A stretch of 64,000 nucleotides of DNA, from positions 32,001 through 96,000 of the forward strand of contig CAWCRS010000010.1 of the NCBI GenBank assembly GCA_963798085.1. Direction: 5' to 3'. The first letter of the stretch is position 1, and every line of letters starts with the position of its first letter. Source of the stretch: an uncultured Gemmatimonadales bacterium (GTDB lineage: Bacteria; Gemmatimonadota; Gemmatimonadetes; Longimicrobiales; RSA9). Below the pieces are notes generated by a model, which saw nothing but the letters and a program-made list of their open reading frames with translations, had not been told where the DNA came from and did no database searches. The translations under genes were made by a program, and so were the position numbers. This document shows, piece by piece, positions 1 through 11,193 of this stretch.

Positions 1-2220
1 GGGAAGCCGGCCAGCAGCGCCACCATCAGCACGAGTACCTCGGCCAGATTGCAGCTGAACAGGAAGAACACGAACTTGCGGATGTTGTCGTAGATGACGC
101 GGCCTTCCTCGATGGCCGCGCTCACGGTCTCGAAACGATCATCGGTCAGCACCACGTCGGATGCCTCCCTCGCCACATCGGTGCCGCGCATTCCCATGGC
201 CACGCCGATGTTGGACCGCTTCAGCGCCGCCGCATCATTGACACCATCGCCCAGCATGGCGACGATCTCGCCGCGGCTCATGAGCGCGCCCACAATGCGC
301 AGCTTCTCTTCCGGGCTGACGCGCGCGAAGGCGCCCACCTGACCGGCGACGCGCACCAGCTCGTCATCACCCATGGCGCGCAGCTCGCGGCCGTCCAGCG
401 TGATGTCGCCCGGACGCAGCAGTCCCAGCGTGCGCGCGATCGCTTCCGCGGTGGGACGCTGATCGCCCGTGATCATCACCGTACGGATGCCTGCCTCGTG
501 GAAGCGCGCCACCGTTTCCCGCACGCCAGGCACGGCCGGATCGATCATGCCGGCCAGAGCCACGAAGACGCGGTCCCCCTCAATGCCATCCGCGATCATG
601 GCCTTTTCCGCCTCGCTCATGTCGCGGTCACTGCTCGCCCGCTCGGCGGCTGCGGGCGTGGCCGCTTCGCCTTCCGGGACCAGCCCGAGCGCCAGCACGC
701 GCAGGCCGGCCTCTGCTAACGCGCTGTTGGAAGCCCGCAGGCGCTCGCGTGCGGCCGCATCCATGGGCCGGATGCGTCCGCCCGCGAGCTGGTGCGTGGC
801 GCGCTCGACCGCACGGCCCGGATCACCCTTGAGGAAAAAAACGGAGCCGCCCTCCGGTGTGCGGTGGCGCGTCGCCATGTAGCGCCGTTCGCTCGTGAAC
901 GGCACGGCGCCCTCCTCGGGCCACCGGGCCAGCAGGTCGGCGCGCTCCATACCGGCGCGCCGGCCGGCCACCAGCAGCGCCGCTTCCGTGGGATCGCCGT
1001 GCACCACCCACTCGCCGTTCTCCACATCCAGGCGGGCGCGGTTGGCCAGCACGGCAATGCGCAGCGCGGTCGCGAGTCCATCGTGCGCCAGCGGATCATG
1101 CGCTGGCCGTTCACGCGGAACTCGCCTCCCGGCTCATAGCCGTGACCCAGCACGTCGACTTCGAGGTCGGGCAGCCAGAATCGCGTCACCGCCATCTGAC
1201 CGGCCGTCAGCGTGCCCGTCTTGTCGGTGCAGATGGTGGTCGCGGAGCCCAGCGCTTCCACCGCGGGCAGGCGCCGGATCAGCGCATTGCGCCGGGCCAT
1301 GCGGCGCAGTCCCAAACCCAGTGTTATGGTAGCGACCGCGGGCAGCCCTTCCGGCACCGCGGCAATGGCCAGCGCAATGCCGGCCTCGATCATTTCGAGC
1401 ACGGGAAACCGCGCACCACGCCCAGCAGCACAATCAGACCCGCGATGCCCAGCGTCAGCCAGACCAGGCGCCGGCCCAGTGTGTCCAGGCGTTCTTCCAG
1501 CGGCGTGCGCTCTTCGCCCAGCGCACTCGTGAGCCGGCCAATGCGGCCGACTTCGGTCTCGCCGCCCGTGGCCGTCACCACGGCCTGCGCATGACCCGCC
1601 ACCACGATCGTCGACTTGTAGATCATGCTGCTGCGGTCGGCCACGGCTGCATCGGCATCGGCGACCCGTGATGCGTTCTTTTCGGCCGCAACCGACTCAC
1701 CAGTCAGCGCGGCTTCGTTGACACGCAACTCGTCGCCGCGCAGCAGCCGGGCATCCGCGGGCACAGCCTGGCCCGCTTCCAGTACGATCACATCGCCTGG
1801 CACCAGCTCGCGCGCATCGAGAAACACCGTGCGCCCGTCGCGCAATGCCGTGGCGTGCGGCACTTCCAGACCCAGCAGCGCCTCCATGGCGCGCCGGGCG
1901 CGCAGCTCGACCAGAAAACCGATGAGCGTGTTGATCACCAGCACCGCGACAATGGCGCCGGCCTCGAGGTGATCGCTCATGACGAGTGCCAGCACGGCGG
2001 CCACGAACAGCAGCGCCACCACCACACTGCGCAGCTGCTCCCACAGGATGTACCACGCCGAGGTGGGCGGCGTGGTTTCCAGCACGTTGGGCCCGTGCTG
2101 CTGCAGGCGTGCGGCCGCTTCGCTGCGGCTCAGGCCGTCAGCCGTCGACTGCAGGCGGACCAGCACATCCTGCGCCTCCAGCGCGTGCCAGGCGGGTCGC
2201 GCCGGCTCGGTGTCACTCAC
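1..2220 (-). CDS. Cation-transporting P-type ATPase (P2A/Ca2+-like); 3' end runs off the window; two apparent frameshifts (~1400, ~1098)
   Basis: Motifs LTGES, PEGLP, DKTGTLT, GDPTE, MITGD, LGDGVND and YDNIRKF are spread over three consecutive frames (1390-2220, 716-1402, and an open frame to base 1). Confidence 0.93.
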
Positions 2221-2231
2221 AGGCTTCGTGG

Positions 2232-3710
2232 TCAGGGGGCAGCGCCGATCGCGAAAACGCGCACGGCAATGAAATACAGCGAGAAGTTGATGAGCGCGGC
2301 AAACAGCAGGTTAAGCCATATTCCGGCCTTCGCCATCATGGGAATGGTCAGCCGGCCGGTGCCGAACACCAGTGCATTGGGCGGTGTGCCCGCGGGCAGC
2401 ATGAAGGAAAGGCCGGCAGCCGCCGCCGCCGGAATCGCCAGCAGCAGCGGATCGCGACCCATGCCCACCGCCACCGCTGCAACCAGCGGCAGGAACGTGG
2501 CGGCCGTCGCCGTGTTGCTGGTCAGTTCCGTGAAGAAGATCACCACCAGGGTGACCATCAGCGTGAGGGCCAGCACAGGCCAATGTCCCAGTGCCGCCAT
2601 GCCATGACCGATGGCGTCCGACAGGCCCGTGCTCTGGATGGCGCTGGCGATGGAGAGTCCGCCGCCGAACAGCACCAGCACGGACCAGGGCATACGCTCC
2701 GCGTCGCGCCAGTGCAGTGCGAATTCGCCCCGGCGCCAGTTCACGGGAATGAGAAAGAGCAGCATGCCGCCCGTCATGCCAATGCCTGCATCGGAAACAT
2801 TGGGGAGCACGCGCTCGAGCAGTGGCTGGAGAATCCAGGCCAGCGCGGTGAGGCCGGCCACCGTGGCCACGACCTTCTCGGCGCGTGACATTGGACCCAG
2901 CGCCTCTGCCTGCCGCTCGATCATCTCGCGCGCACCCTCGATCTCGCGCGAGCCGGTGGGGTGTAACACGCGTGTCAGCAGGAGCCACGCCAGCGGCACG
3001 CCCACCAGCACAATGGGCACACCCACCAGCATCCATTGCGCGAAACCCACCTCGCGGTGATACGTCTGGGACATGAAGCCCTTCAGCAGCGCCGTGGGCG
3101 GCGTGCCGATCAGCGTGCCTACGCCGCCAATGCTGGCTGCGTAGGAAAGGCCCAGCAGCAGCGCGATGGAGAAATTGCGATGACGCTGCTTGTCGTCACC
3201 CGCGCTCTGCTCCACCGTGTGAATCACGGATGTGGCCATGGGCAGAAGCATCACGACGGTCGCCGTGTTGCTGACCCACATGCTGATGAACGCGGTGGCG
3301 GCCATGAATCCGCCCACCAGGTTGGCCGGCTTCGTGCCCACCGCGCGAATGATCGCCACCGCCAGCCTGCGATGCAGTCCCGAACTCTCCAGACCTGCAG
3401 CCAGCAGGAACCCGCCCATGAACAGATAGATCACGGGATTCGCGTAGGGCGAAGCCGCCTGTTCGATTTTCGCAATGCCGAGCGGTGGGAAGAGCACGAG
3501 CGGCAGCAGCGCGGTGGCGTAGATGGGCAGTGCTTCGGTGATCCACCAGATCGCCATGAGGCTGCCCGCGGCGGCGGTTCGCCATGCGGCGGGACTCAGC
3601 CCCGCCGGCGGATGCAGGCTCAGCATGACGATCATCACGGCCGCACCGACGAACAGGCCGGCACGCTCGTGCCTCGCCGGCCCCGTCTTCTCCGCGCTCG
3701 TTCCCGTCAC
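2232..3710 (-). CDS. DASS/SLC13 family anion:sodium symporter
   Basis: Multi-TM protein with SMWVSNTAT, IGTPP, TELTSNTAT and GTPPNA. GTG start at 3710 follows GGAGGGAG. Confidence 0.9.
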   Translation of the reverse strand: MTGTSAEKTGPARHERAGLFVGAAVMIVMLSLHPPAGLSPAAWRTAAAGSLMAIWWITEALPIYATALLPLVLFPPLGIAKIEQAASPYANPVIYLFMGGFLLAAGLESSGLHRRLAVAIIRAVGTKPANLVGGFMAATAFISMWVSNTATVVMLLPMATSVIHTVEQSAGDDKQRHRNFSIALLLGLSYAASIGGVGTLIGTPPTALLKGFMSQTYHREVGFAQWMLVGVPIVLVGVPLAWLLLTRVLHPTGSREIEGAREMIERQAEALGPMSRAEKVVATVAGLTALAWILQPLLERVLPNVSDAGIGMTGGMLLFLIPVNWRRGEFALHWRDAERMPWSVLVLFGGGLSIASAIQSTGLSDAIGHGMAALGHWPVLALTLMVTLVVIFFTELTSNTATAATFLPLVAAVAVGMGRDPLLLAIPAAAAAGLSFMLPAGTPPNALVFGTGRLTIPMMAKAGIWLNLLFAALINFSLYFIAVRVFAIGAAP

Positions 3711-3816
3711 GCCGTTTTCGCTCCCTCCGCCCCGGCAACTGTTCGCCGCCTGCCGCAACCGCGGGCTATCTTACGCGCCACCCGCCGTTCGCGGAAAGCC
3801 GGCAGGAGCCAACGAC

Positions 3817-5179
3817 ATGTCGCCCGAGAACACGCCCTGGGTCAGCGACGAGAATGCCGCGCTGCTCACCGACCTGTACGAGCTGACCATGCTGCAGGCC
3901 TACTGGCGCGAGCGCATGCATGAGGAGGCCGTGTTCAGCCTGTACGTCCGGCGCCTGCCGGCGGAACGCAATTACGTGCTGGCCTGCGGGCTGGATGATG
4001 TGCTGCGTTATCTCGAGCGCCTCCATTTCGACGCGCCCGCGCTCGATTACCTCGCCTCGCTCGGCCAGTTCCAGCCGGCGTTCCTCGACTGGCTCGCGCA
4101 TTTCCGCTTCACTGGCGATGTCTGGGCAGTCCCCGAAGGCACGCCTCTGTTCGCCGAAGAACCCGATCCTCGAGATCGTGGCGCCCCTGCCCGAGGCACA
4201 GATCGCCGAGACCTTCGTCATGAACCAGGTCCACTTCCAGACTGTTGCCGCGAGCAAGGCGGCCCGCGTGGTGCACGCCGCGCAGGGCCGCACCGTGATC
4301 GACTTCGGCCTGCGACGCATGCACGCCGCCGATGCCGGCATCAAGGGCGCGCGCGCCTTCTGGATCGCCGGCGTCGCCGGTACCAGCAATGTGCTCGCCG
4401 GCCGCATCTACGACATCCCCGTGGCCGGCACCATGGCGCACAGCTACGTGCAGGCGCATGAGCACGAGGCCGACGCCTTCCGCCAGTTCGCCGCGCTCTA
4501 TCCGCACACCACACTCCTCGTGGACACGTACGACACGCTGGCCGGCGTGCAGCGTGTGGTAGAGCTTGCGCAGGAGCTGGGTGATGCCTTCGCCATCAGC
4601 GCTGTGCGCCTCGATTCCGGTGACCTGGGCGCGCTCGCCATCGCCGCCAGGCGCATCCTGGATGATGCCGGGTTGCAGGCTGTCGAGCTGTTCGCCAGCG
4701 GTGCTCTCGACGAACATGCGATCCGCGCGCTGCTCGCGCGCGGCGCACCCATCAACGGCTTCGGTGTCGGGTCGCTCATGGGCACGTCTGCCGATGTGCC
4801 CCATCTCGACATCGCCTTCAAGCTCTCCAGCTACGCCGGCCGCGGCCGCGTCAAACTCTCTGTTGGCAAACGCATCCTGCCCGGCCGCAAGCAGGTGTTC
4901 CGCAGGGAGAACGACGGTGAGCCGGTGCGGGATGTCATTGCCCTGGCGGATGAGATGCTGGAGGGCCGGCCGCTGCTGGCGCAGGTGATGCGCCAGGGTG
5001 AACGCCTGCCCGCGGGCGTGGTCACGCTCGCCGACTCGCGCGCACTGGCGCAACGCGAGCTGTCGTCACTGCCGGAGCGCGTGCGCGATCTCACGCCCGC
5101 GCAGCCGCCCTACACCGTGATGCTGAGCGAAAAGCTGGAAGCACTCTGGCATGAGGTCTCGCGTCGCGCAGCGGATTGA
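3817..5179 (+). CDS. pncB: Nicotinate phosphoribosyltransferase; frameshift at ~4162
   Basis: LLTDLYELTM, DFGLRR, GTMAHS, LVDTYD and VRLDSGD. An extra C in gaacccgatc splits the ORF. Confidence 0.93.
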
Positions 5180-5221
5180 AGGCGACGCGTGCGCCTCCAC
5201 CTTGTCCTCGCGAATCCGGCA

Positions 5222-5860
5222 TCACACGATTCCCAGTGCTGCCGGCAGTGCGTCCAGTGAGGTTTGCGCGTACTTCGCCTGTGCGCGCACTTCTGCGCTG
5301 GCGAGACCGGCGCGATCGTGCAGGTAGACGTGCATGCCGGCATGGACGGCGCCGCCCACATCGAAAGGCGAGCCCGCTACGAAGAGCGTGCGCCGGGGCG
5401 GCGTGCCCAGCGCCTCGATGCCCGCGCGATACGCGGCCGCGGTCGGCTTGTACCAGCCGCAGCGCTCGGCGGAAACCACCGCGTTGAAAGGGACGCCCAC
5501 ACGCGCGGCCGCGCGCTCTGCCAGCGCCTCGGAGCAGTTCGTGAGCACCGCGATCGGCACATGCGCCGCCACCGCACGCAGCACGGCACCGGCCTCCGCC
5601 CACGGCTGCAGCGCATCCCACCGTGCATCCAGATCGTACGCGAGGCTGGCATCCAGCCCCGCGCGCTGCGCCGCTTCGGCGACCAGCGTCAGATAATCGC
5701 GATACCGGCCCGTGGCGTAGGTACGCTCGAGATAGGCCATTCGCCAGCGCCGCCCGGTTGCGGCATCACCGGCAATGGCGTTCCACAACGACCACGAATC
5801 CAGCAACGCGCTGAGAAGATCGAACAGCACCGCGTCGTAATGGCGAGTGTATATTTCCAC
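5222..5860 (-). CDS. HAD-superfamily hydrolase (haloacid dehalogenase type II-like)
   Basis: VLFDLLSALLD motif I, LTN, YKP and FVAGSPFD. Start uncertain (GTG at 5860). Confidence 0.82.
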   Translation of the reverse strand: MEIYTRHYDAVLFDLLSALLDSWSLWNAIAGDAATGRRWRMAYLERTYATGRYRDYLTLVAEAAQRAGLDASLAYDLDARWDALQPWAEAGAVLRAVAAHVPIAVLTNCSEALAERAAARVGVPFNAVVSAERCGWYKPTAAAYRAGIEALGTPPRRTLFVAGSPFDVGGAVHAGMHVYLHDRAGLASAEVRAQAKYAQTSLDALPAALGIV

Positions 5861-5960
5861 GTGTTGTGGGGACCGCAGGGTGACGCGTCGCGATTCGCGG
5901 CGCATGGATCGAACGACCGCACGGTAACGCGACACGCGTGCAAGCGTCCAGAGGATTCCC

Positions 5961-7007
5961 GTGTACGCAACCTGTCTTTTCTGCAGTCAGCCGCTCGGTG
6001 CCAACGAGGTCATCGAATCGTTCCCCGTCGGCCGGCGCCTTGCCTTCGACGGCGAGAAGGGCCGGCTGTGGGTCGTGTGCCGCAAGTGCGAGCGCTGGAA
6101 CCTCTCGCCCATTGAGGAGCGCTGGGAAGCACTGGAGGAATGCGAGAAGCTGTTCCGCGTGACCCGCACGCGCGTCTCCACCGAACAGATCGGCCTCGCC
6201 CGCCTCGCTGAAGGACTCGAGCTGGTGCGCATCGGTCGGCCCATGCGCCCCGAATTCGCGGCCTGGCGCTACGGCGACCAGTTCGGCCGGCGCCGCAAGC
6301 GCGCCATCCTCTACGGCGCCGGCGCGGCGGTCGTGTTCGGCGGCATTGTCATTGGCGGCGCCTTCACGGGCGCACTCAGCGCCGGCCTGCTCTCGCAGTC
6401 CGGCAACTGGGTCAACATGTGGATCAACGGCCGCGTGCTGGTAAAGCTGCGTACGGAGAGCGGCCGCGTGATCAAGCTGAGGAATCCGGATCTGCAGCAG
6501 ACCCGCATTCTTCCCGGTGACGAAGCGGGCGCACTCACCGTGAGTGTAGGCAAAGGCAAGCATCTCGAAGTGTTCCAGGGCCCGGAAGCCGAACGCGTCG
6601 CCAGCATCGTCGTCCCCAAGCTCAACCGCACAGGCGGCAACTCCGGCATGGTCCGCGACGCCGTGAGCCAGATCGAATTGCACGGCGGGCCGGAAGCCTT
6701 CCTGCACGCCACCGTGCGTCGCAGCCTGGGCAGCGCCATTGCCGGAACGCCCATGGCCGAAGTCGTACGCACCAGCGCAGCCACCCGCCGCGACCGCACC
6801 GGCGTCGTCTCCAGCCTGCCCCGGCCCACCCGCCTCGCCATTGAAATGGCGCTGCACGAGGAACGCGAGCGGCGCGCCCTCGAAGGCGAGCTCACGCTGC
6901 TCGAAGAAGCCTGGCGCGATGCCGAGGAAGTCGCTGCCATCAGTGACGACCTCGTGCTGCCGCCCGGAGCCCGCGACTTCATCGCGAGAGAAAAAGGAGT
7001 TCCCTGA
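5961..7007 (+). CDS. Hypothetical protein with N-terminal CxxC...CxxC (zinc-ribbon-like) and a Gly-rich hydrophobic segment
   Basis: CLFC and CRKC pairs, a GAGG SD before the GTG start, and GC3-rich codon usage. Confidence 0.75.
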   Translation: MYATCLFCSQPLGANEVIESFPVGRRLAFDGEKGRLWVVCRKCERWNLSPIEERWEALEECEKLFRVTRTRVSTEQIGLARLAEGLELVRIGRPMRPEFAAWRYGDQFGRRRKRAILYGAGAAVVFGGIVIGGAFTGALSAGLLSQSGNWVNMWINGRVLVKLRTESGRVIKLRNPDLQQTRILPGDEAGALTVSVGKGKHLEVFQGPEAERVASIVVPKLNRTGGNSGMVRDAVSQIELHGGPEAFLHATVRRSLGSAIAGTPMAEVVRTSAATRRDRTGVVSSLPRPTRLAIEMALHEERERRALEGELTLLEEAWRDAEEVAAISDDLVLPPGARDFIAREKGVP

Positions 7008-7052
7008 GGACAAGCGCGTCACCTTCGCAGCGTTGCGATTCCATGCAAACTC

Positions 7053-7449
7053 CTGACGGATTGTTTTCACACAGGGGCCACAGGGTCATCGGAGGACGGA
7101 TCTGACCCATTACTTCGGCACTCGGTCTTCGGGAGTTCACGGAGGGCGCTGCGGACGGATCAACCAACAGCAGTTTCACACAGCGGCCTCAGAGAACCAG
7201 AGGACCGATCGTGTCTGAACCTTTTTCCTGGCGGCCATGACGCGATCGGAATCGGACAAAAAGATCCACAATGCAGAGCCGGCCTGAAATCGCGGCCGAG
7301 GACGGCGCTCATCCGTGGAATTCAGTACCTGAATCCCCGCCCCTGACAACCCCGCAGCGCTCCTCAGTCCCCACACTTCGCCTCCAGAATCCGTTTCAGC
7401 AATCCGTCCTCAGTACCCCTGTGGCCTCTGTGTGAGAACAATCTGTTAG
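7053..7449. repeat. ~400-bp non-coding element with ~53-bp imperfect terminal inverted repeats (family A, MITE/REP-like)
   Basis: 7053-7105 CTGACGGATTGTTTTCACACAGGGGCCACAGGG..GAGGACGGAT matches the reverse complement of 7396-7449. A third internal copy lies at 7174-7209. Confidence 0.75.
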
Positions 7450-7487
7450 TCGGTTATCCCTTCTCTGCCCCCTCGCGCGGCGGTGCA

Positions 7488-8197
7488 TCAGGCAGGAACC
7501 GCCTCCCGCTCCCGTCCCACCACCGGCGCAGTCCTCGTGTTGAACCGGTAGCCGGCCCAGATGAGCAGCAGCCCGATCAGCTCGGTGACGTACAGCACTT
7601 CGGTGTGGCCCATGCGCGTGGCGGTGCCGCCAATGCCGGGGAGGATGGCGCCGGTCGCGATCAGGGCGTTGCCGATGGCGCGCTGGCGGGTGGCGGGATC
7701 GTGACGGTAGCGCAGTGCGCTGTGGATGGCGCCGCCTATGAGAAAGATCGCCGCATAGGAATTGAGGAAGGGGCTGAACATGCGTACCCAGTGCCACTGG
7801 ATGACATGACCCGTCAGGTGGTACGGCGTAACCAGCGCGTACTCGATGGGCGTCAGCAGCACGCACGTGGCGGCGACCAGGAAGTACAGTGTCACCACGA
7901 TGGTGAGGCTGTGCGCGGTACGGCGGGAGAACAGCAGGTAGACGGTGCCCTGCGCGAGTGGTGCGGCGCCCAGCAGTGCTCCGGAAATGTACCAGGCGCG
8001 GAAGATGGGCTCGTGCCAGCCCAGCAACGTGGTGAGCGCTTCCGTGAGCGTGCCCACGCCGTACACCAGGATGCCCGCCGCCCACCACAGCAGGTGCGGC
8101 CCGGAGCGGCGCACCCGCCAGCGCCGGAAATGCGGAGTGCGAACGGGATCGCGATCAGTGTCGTCAGGATGGGGATGAACGATACCGGGTCGCGCAA
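7488..8197 (-). CDS. Hypothetical multi-pass membrane protein; frameshift at ~8128
   Basis: ORFs 7892-8197 (N-terminus) and 7488-8114 join if one T is added in att(t)tc. About 6-7 hydrophobic segments. Starts 6 nt after the TonB receptor stop. Confidence 0.75.
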
Positions 8198-8202
8198 CGG
8201 TC

Positions 8203-10377
8203 TCAGAACCCCACGTCGAGGCTCAGCGTCAGTCGGCGCCGCGGCTCGGGTCGGAAGAAGCTGGCGTTGGTGAATTCCGCGTACAGCCGGTTGGTCAGAT
8301 TCTCCACCGCGAGGCCGATGCGCTGCGTCGTCCCGCCGCGGTGCAGCGCGAGGCTGGCGCGCACGCTGTGTGTCGTGAACGAAGGCAGCACGTCGCCCAG
8401 CGGGTTGTCCACCAGCACCACGTCCCTGCGCGGCCCGTTGTGCCGCACCTCGTACTCCGCCCAGATGCGGTTGCCGTTATCGTGATAACGCAGTGTTCCA
8501 GTGATCTTGCTGGAGAAGCTGTCACCGATCGGATTGCTGGGATCCAGCTCGTCCTGCGAGTCGATGTACGTGTAGCCGCCCAGCACGGAGAAGCCGCCCG
8601 CCACCAGCGCCTCGCCCGACAGCTCGACGCCGCGGAACAGCAGGCGATCGACGTTCACGTTCTGGTACGCCGGGAATCCCTGAATCGTGTCGCCCGTGGG
8701 CTGGATGCGGATGCCATCACGCATGCGGTTGCGGAAGGCGAAGGCTTCGACCGCGATGCGCCGGTCGCGAAAGCGCACGCCGGCATCGAAATCGAGGCTG
8801 GTCTCCGGGCGCAGATCCGGGCTGCGCACCTGGAAGCCGTTGCCCTCGGGTGTCGGTCCCTCGAAGAACCACTCGATCAGGTTGGGCGCACGGAAGGCCC
8901 GGCCCACGGTTCCCACCAGCGTGATCTGTGAGGTCAGCGCATACATCAGGTTGGCCGAGCCCACCACCGTGTTGCGCGACTTCGAGGTCAGGCCCGCCGG
9001 CACACCCTGCCCTGCCTGCGCGTTGGCATGCACGCCCTGCGCGCGTGCGCCCGCGATCAGTGTCGCGCGGCCCGCGTTCAGCTCGCTCTGCGCGAAACCG
9101 CCCACACTGCTGTATGTGGCGTCCGGGACCTGCGGTGCGGTGCTGATGTCGGTCTGTGTCGGACCGAAGCCGATCACCGACGTCACGCTCGAATCGTTGT
9201 TGGCGGAACGGTCCCGGAAGAAGTCCATGCCGTACGTGAACAGCACACCCTGCGTGGCCAGCTTCCTGGCTTCGATGCGGGTGCCAATGGTCTTGAGGTC
9301 GCTGAAGTTGTACGTGTCGATCTTCACACCCGCGCCGGGCGGCGCCTGCGGGCCGAAGCCCTGGAACAGGTTGAAGGTCAGAGTGCGCGCGTTGTCCTGC
9401 CAGTAGCCCACGACGTCGAGACGATCCACGATGGGCAGGCGCAGGTCGGCCCCGCCATAACCCATGGTTACACGCGTGAAATGCTGGTAAGGATAGCGAA
9501 TGTCGATGAGCGGCTGCTCCGGCGCGTAGGCATTGGGATCCACGAAGCCGAAGCCGGCATCTTCCGAATCGTAGCGCTCGACGCGCGTGTACAGTGAGTG
9601 ACCATCGGCCGGCTGCCAGCCCAGGCGCACGGCCGCGTTCCAGTCACGGATGCCCGTGGCCTGCACCGTGGTGGCGCTGTCGAAACGGATGCTGCCGAAG
9701 GTGCCGGAAGGCGCTCGGTAATTGCCGGCATGGCGGAGTCCGCCCGTGGCGCTGAAGTCGAACGCGCCGGAGCGACCGAAGAGCGCGGCACTGCCCCGCT
9801 GCTGATCCTCTTCCTCGCCGTAGCCGTAGCCGAGTGTGCCGTGGATGCCGTCGCGCACCGGACGGCGCGTGATGATGTTGACCACGCCGCCAATGGCGTC
9901 GGTGCCGTAGAGCACGGAAGCGGGACCGCGCACCACTTCCACACGCTCGACCTGTCCGGGATCCACCAGCGAGGGCACCTCACCGAAATCCTGCTGGCGG
10001 CGCGAATTGTTGAGGCGTACGCCATCCTCCAGCAGCAGGATGCGCTGGCCGCGCTGCCCGCGGATCACCGGCCGGGGCTGCTGTACGCCGACGCCGTTCA
10101 CGTCCAGGCCGGGCAGGTCGCGAAACAGGTCTGTCACGGTGTTAGGCCGCGTGCGCCGCAGTGTCATGCTGTCCACCACCGACACCGGCGCCGGCGTGCG
10201 GAACACCGGCCGCGGTGAGCGCGTGGCTGTCACGACCAGCGGATCTACACGGAAGACAAGCGTGTCCTTGTGGGTGGTGTCCGGCGGATTGACCTGCTGC
10301 GCTCCGCCCGGTGCGGCGCCCACCGCCACGAGCAGGATGGGAAAGGCCAGCAGCGGGCGCAGCTGTGACACTCGCAT
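8203..10377 (-). CDS. TonB-dependent outer-membrane receptor (heme/cobalamin/siderophore-like)
   Basis: Signal peptide, LVVTATR TonB box, plug motif VERVEVVRGPASVLYGTDAIGGVVNIIT, FRAPN, ENLTNRLY and terminal Phe. Confidence 0.93.
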   Translation of the reverse strand: MRVSQLRPLLAFPILLVAVGAAPGGAQQVNPPDTTHKDTLVFRVDPLVVTATRSPRPVFRTPAPVSVVDSMTLRRTRPNTVTDLFRDLPGLDVNGVGVQQPRPVIRGQRGQRILLLEDGVRLNNSRRQQDFGEVPSLVDPGQVERVEVVRGPASVLYGTDAIGGVVNIITRRPVRDGIHGTLGYGYGEEEDQQRGSAALFGRSGAFDFSATGGLRHAGNYRAPSGTFGSIRFDSATTVQATGIRDWNAAVRLGWQPADGHSLYTRVERYDSEDAGFGFVDPNAYAPEQPLIDIRYPYQHFTRVTMGYGGADLRLPIVDRLDVVGYWQDNARTLTFNLFQGFGPQAPPGAGVKIDTYNFSDLKTIGTRIEARKLATQGVLFTYGMDFFRDRSANNDSSVTSVIGFGPTQTDISTAPQVPDATYSSVGGFAQSELNAGRATLIAGARAQGVHANAQAGQGVPAGLTSKSRNTVVGSANLMYALTSQITLVGTVGRAFRAPNLIEWFFEGPTPEGNGFQVRSPDLRPETSLDFDAGVRFRDRRIAVEAFAFRNRMRDGIRIQPTGDTIQGFPAYQNVNVDRLLFRGVELSGEALVAGGFSVLGGYTYIDSQDELDPSNPIGDSFSSKITGTLRYHDNGNRIWAEYEVRHNGPRRDVVLVDNPLGDVLPSFTTHSVRASLALHRGGTTQRIGLAVENLTNRLYAEFTNASFFRPEPRRRLTLSLDVGF

Positions 10378-10437
10378 GGTGTTACCTCGGTGAGCAGTAC
10401 AATGCCACACGCGCGTGCGCGGAGTGACGCGGCCCAA

Positions 10438-10502
10438 ATTATGTGTTGGGAAGCAGCTTCTGCGATTCGGAGGACTACAGATCGAGCGGTCCGGAGGCCT
10501 AC
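10438..10502 (-). promoter_or_regulatory. Putative promoter of the TonB receptor gene with a direct-repeat operator
   Basis: CATAAT -10-like box on the minus strand at 10438-10443. Direct repeat CGGAGG(A/C)CTAC at 10468-10478 and 10492-10502. Confidence 0.35.
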
Positions 10503-10536
10503 GTAGAGGAAAACCTTTCGTGGCCTCAGGGATTGT

Positions 10537-11193
10537 CTAGCTCGTGATGCCCGCCTCCATGGCAAAGCGCGTGAGGCCGGCCACCGTGCGGATGCGCAAT
10601 TTCCGCATGATGCTCTCGCGGTGTGTTTCCACCGTGCGATGGCTGATGCCGAACTCTTCCGCGATTTCGCGACTGGTGCGACCGGCCGCCACGCGCGTCA
10701 GCACTTCGCGTTCGCGTGGCGTCAACTGTTCCAGCCGGTCGCGGCTCGATTCTCTCGCCGCCTCATCGCGCAGCGCCGAGCTGAGCTGCTGCGTGACGCG
10801 GGTGCTGAACGCTTCGCGGCCTTCCGCCACGGCGCGCACCGCGTCCCGCACTTCCGCGGGACCCGCGCTCTTGAGCAGATAGCCATCCGCCCCCGCACGC
10901 ACCGCGCCGAGCACGTACTCCGGATGATCGTGCATGCTGAGGATGAGCACGTTGGTGCGGGCGGGCCGGTCGCGCAGCTTCTGCAGCACATCGATGCCGG
11001 AAAGTCGGGGCATGGTGATGTCGAGGATGGCCACATCCGGATCATGCTCCTCGATCAGCGCCAATGCTTCCTCGCCGTTGGTTGCCTCCGCCACCACGCG
11101 GAATCCCTCCATGGCTTCGAGCACGGTTCGGATACCTTCCCGCACCACGGCATGGTCGTCCGCCACCAGCACGCGAATCATGGTTTCGCTCAT
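10537..11193 (-). CDS. NarL/LuxR-family response regulator
   Basis: VADDH...LDITMP receiver domain, GYLLK, LTPREREVL and TVETHR HTH. Confidence 0.95.
   Translation of the reverse strand: MSETMIRVLVADDHAVVREGIRTVLEAMEGFRVVAEATNGEEALALIEEHDPDVAILDITMPRLSGIDVLQKLRDRPARTNVLILSMHDHPEYVLGAVRAGADGYLLKSAGPAEVRDAVRAVAEGREAFSTRVTQQLSSALRDEAARESSRDRLEQLTPREREVLTRVAAGRTSREIAEEFGISHRTVETHRESIMRKLRIRTVAGLTRFAMEAGITS

Noticed and set aside
3817..5179. Programmed frameshifting or pseudogene status for pncB and the other split genes
   Set aside because: No slippery-site pattern, no additional decay, and the breaks are spread over unrelated genes. Sequencing error is the simpler explanation.
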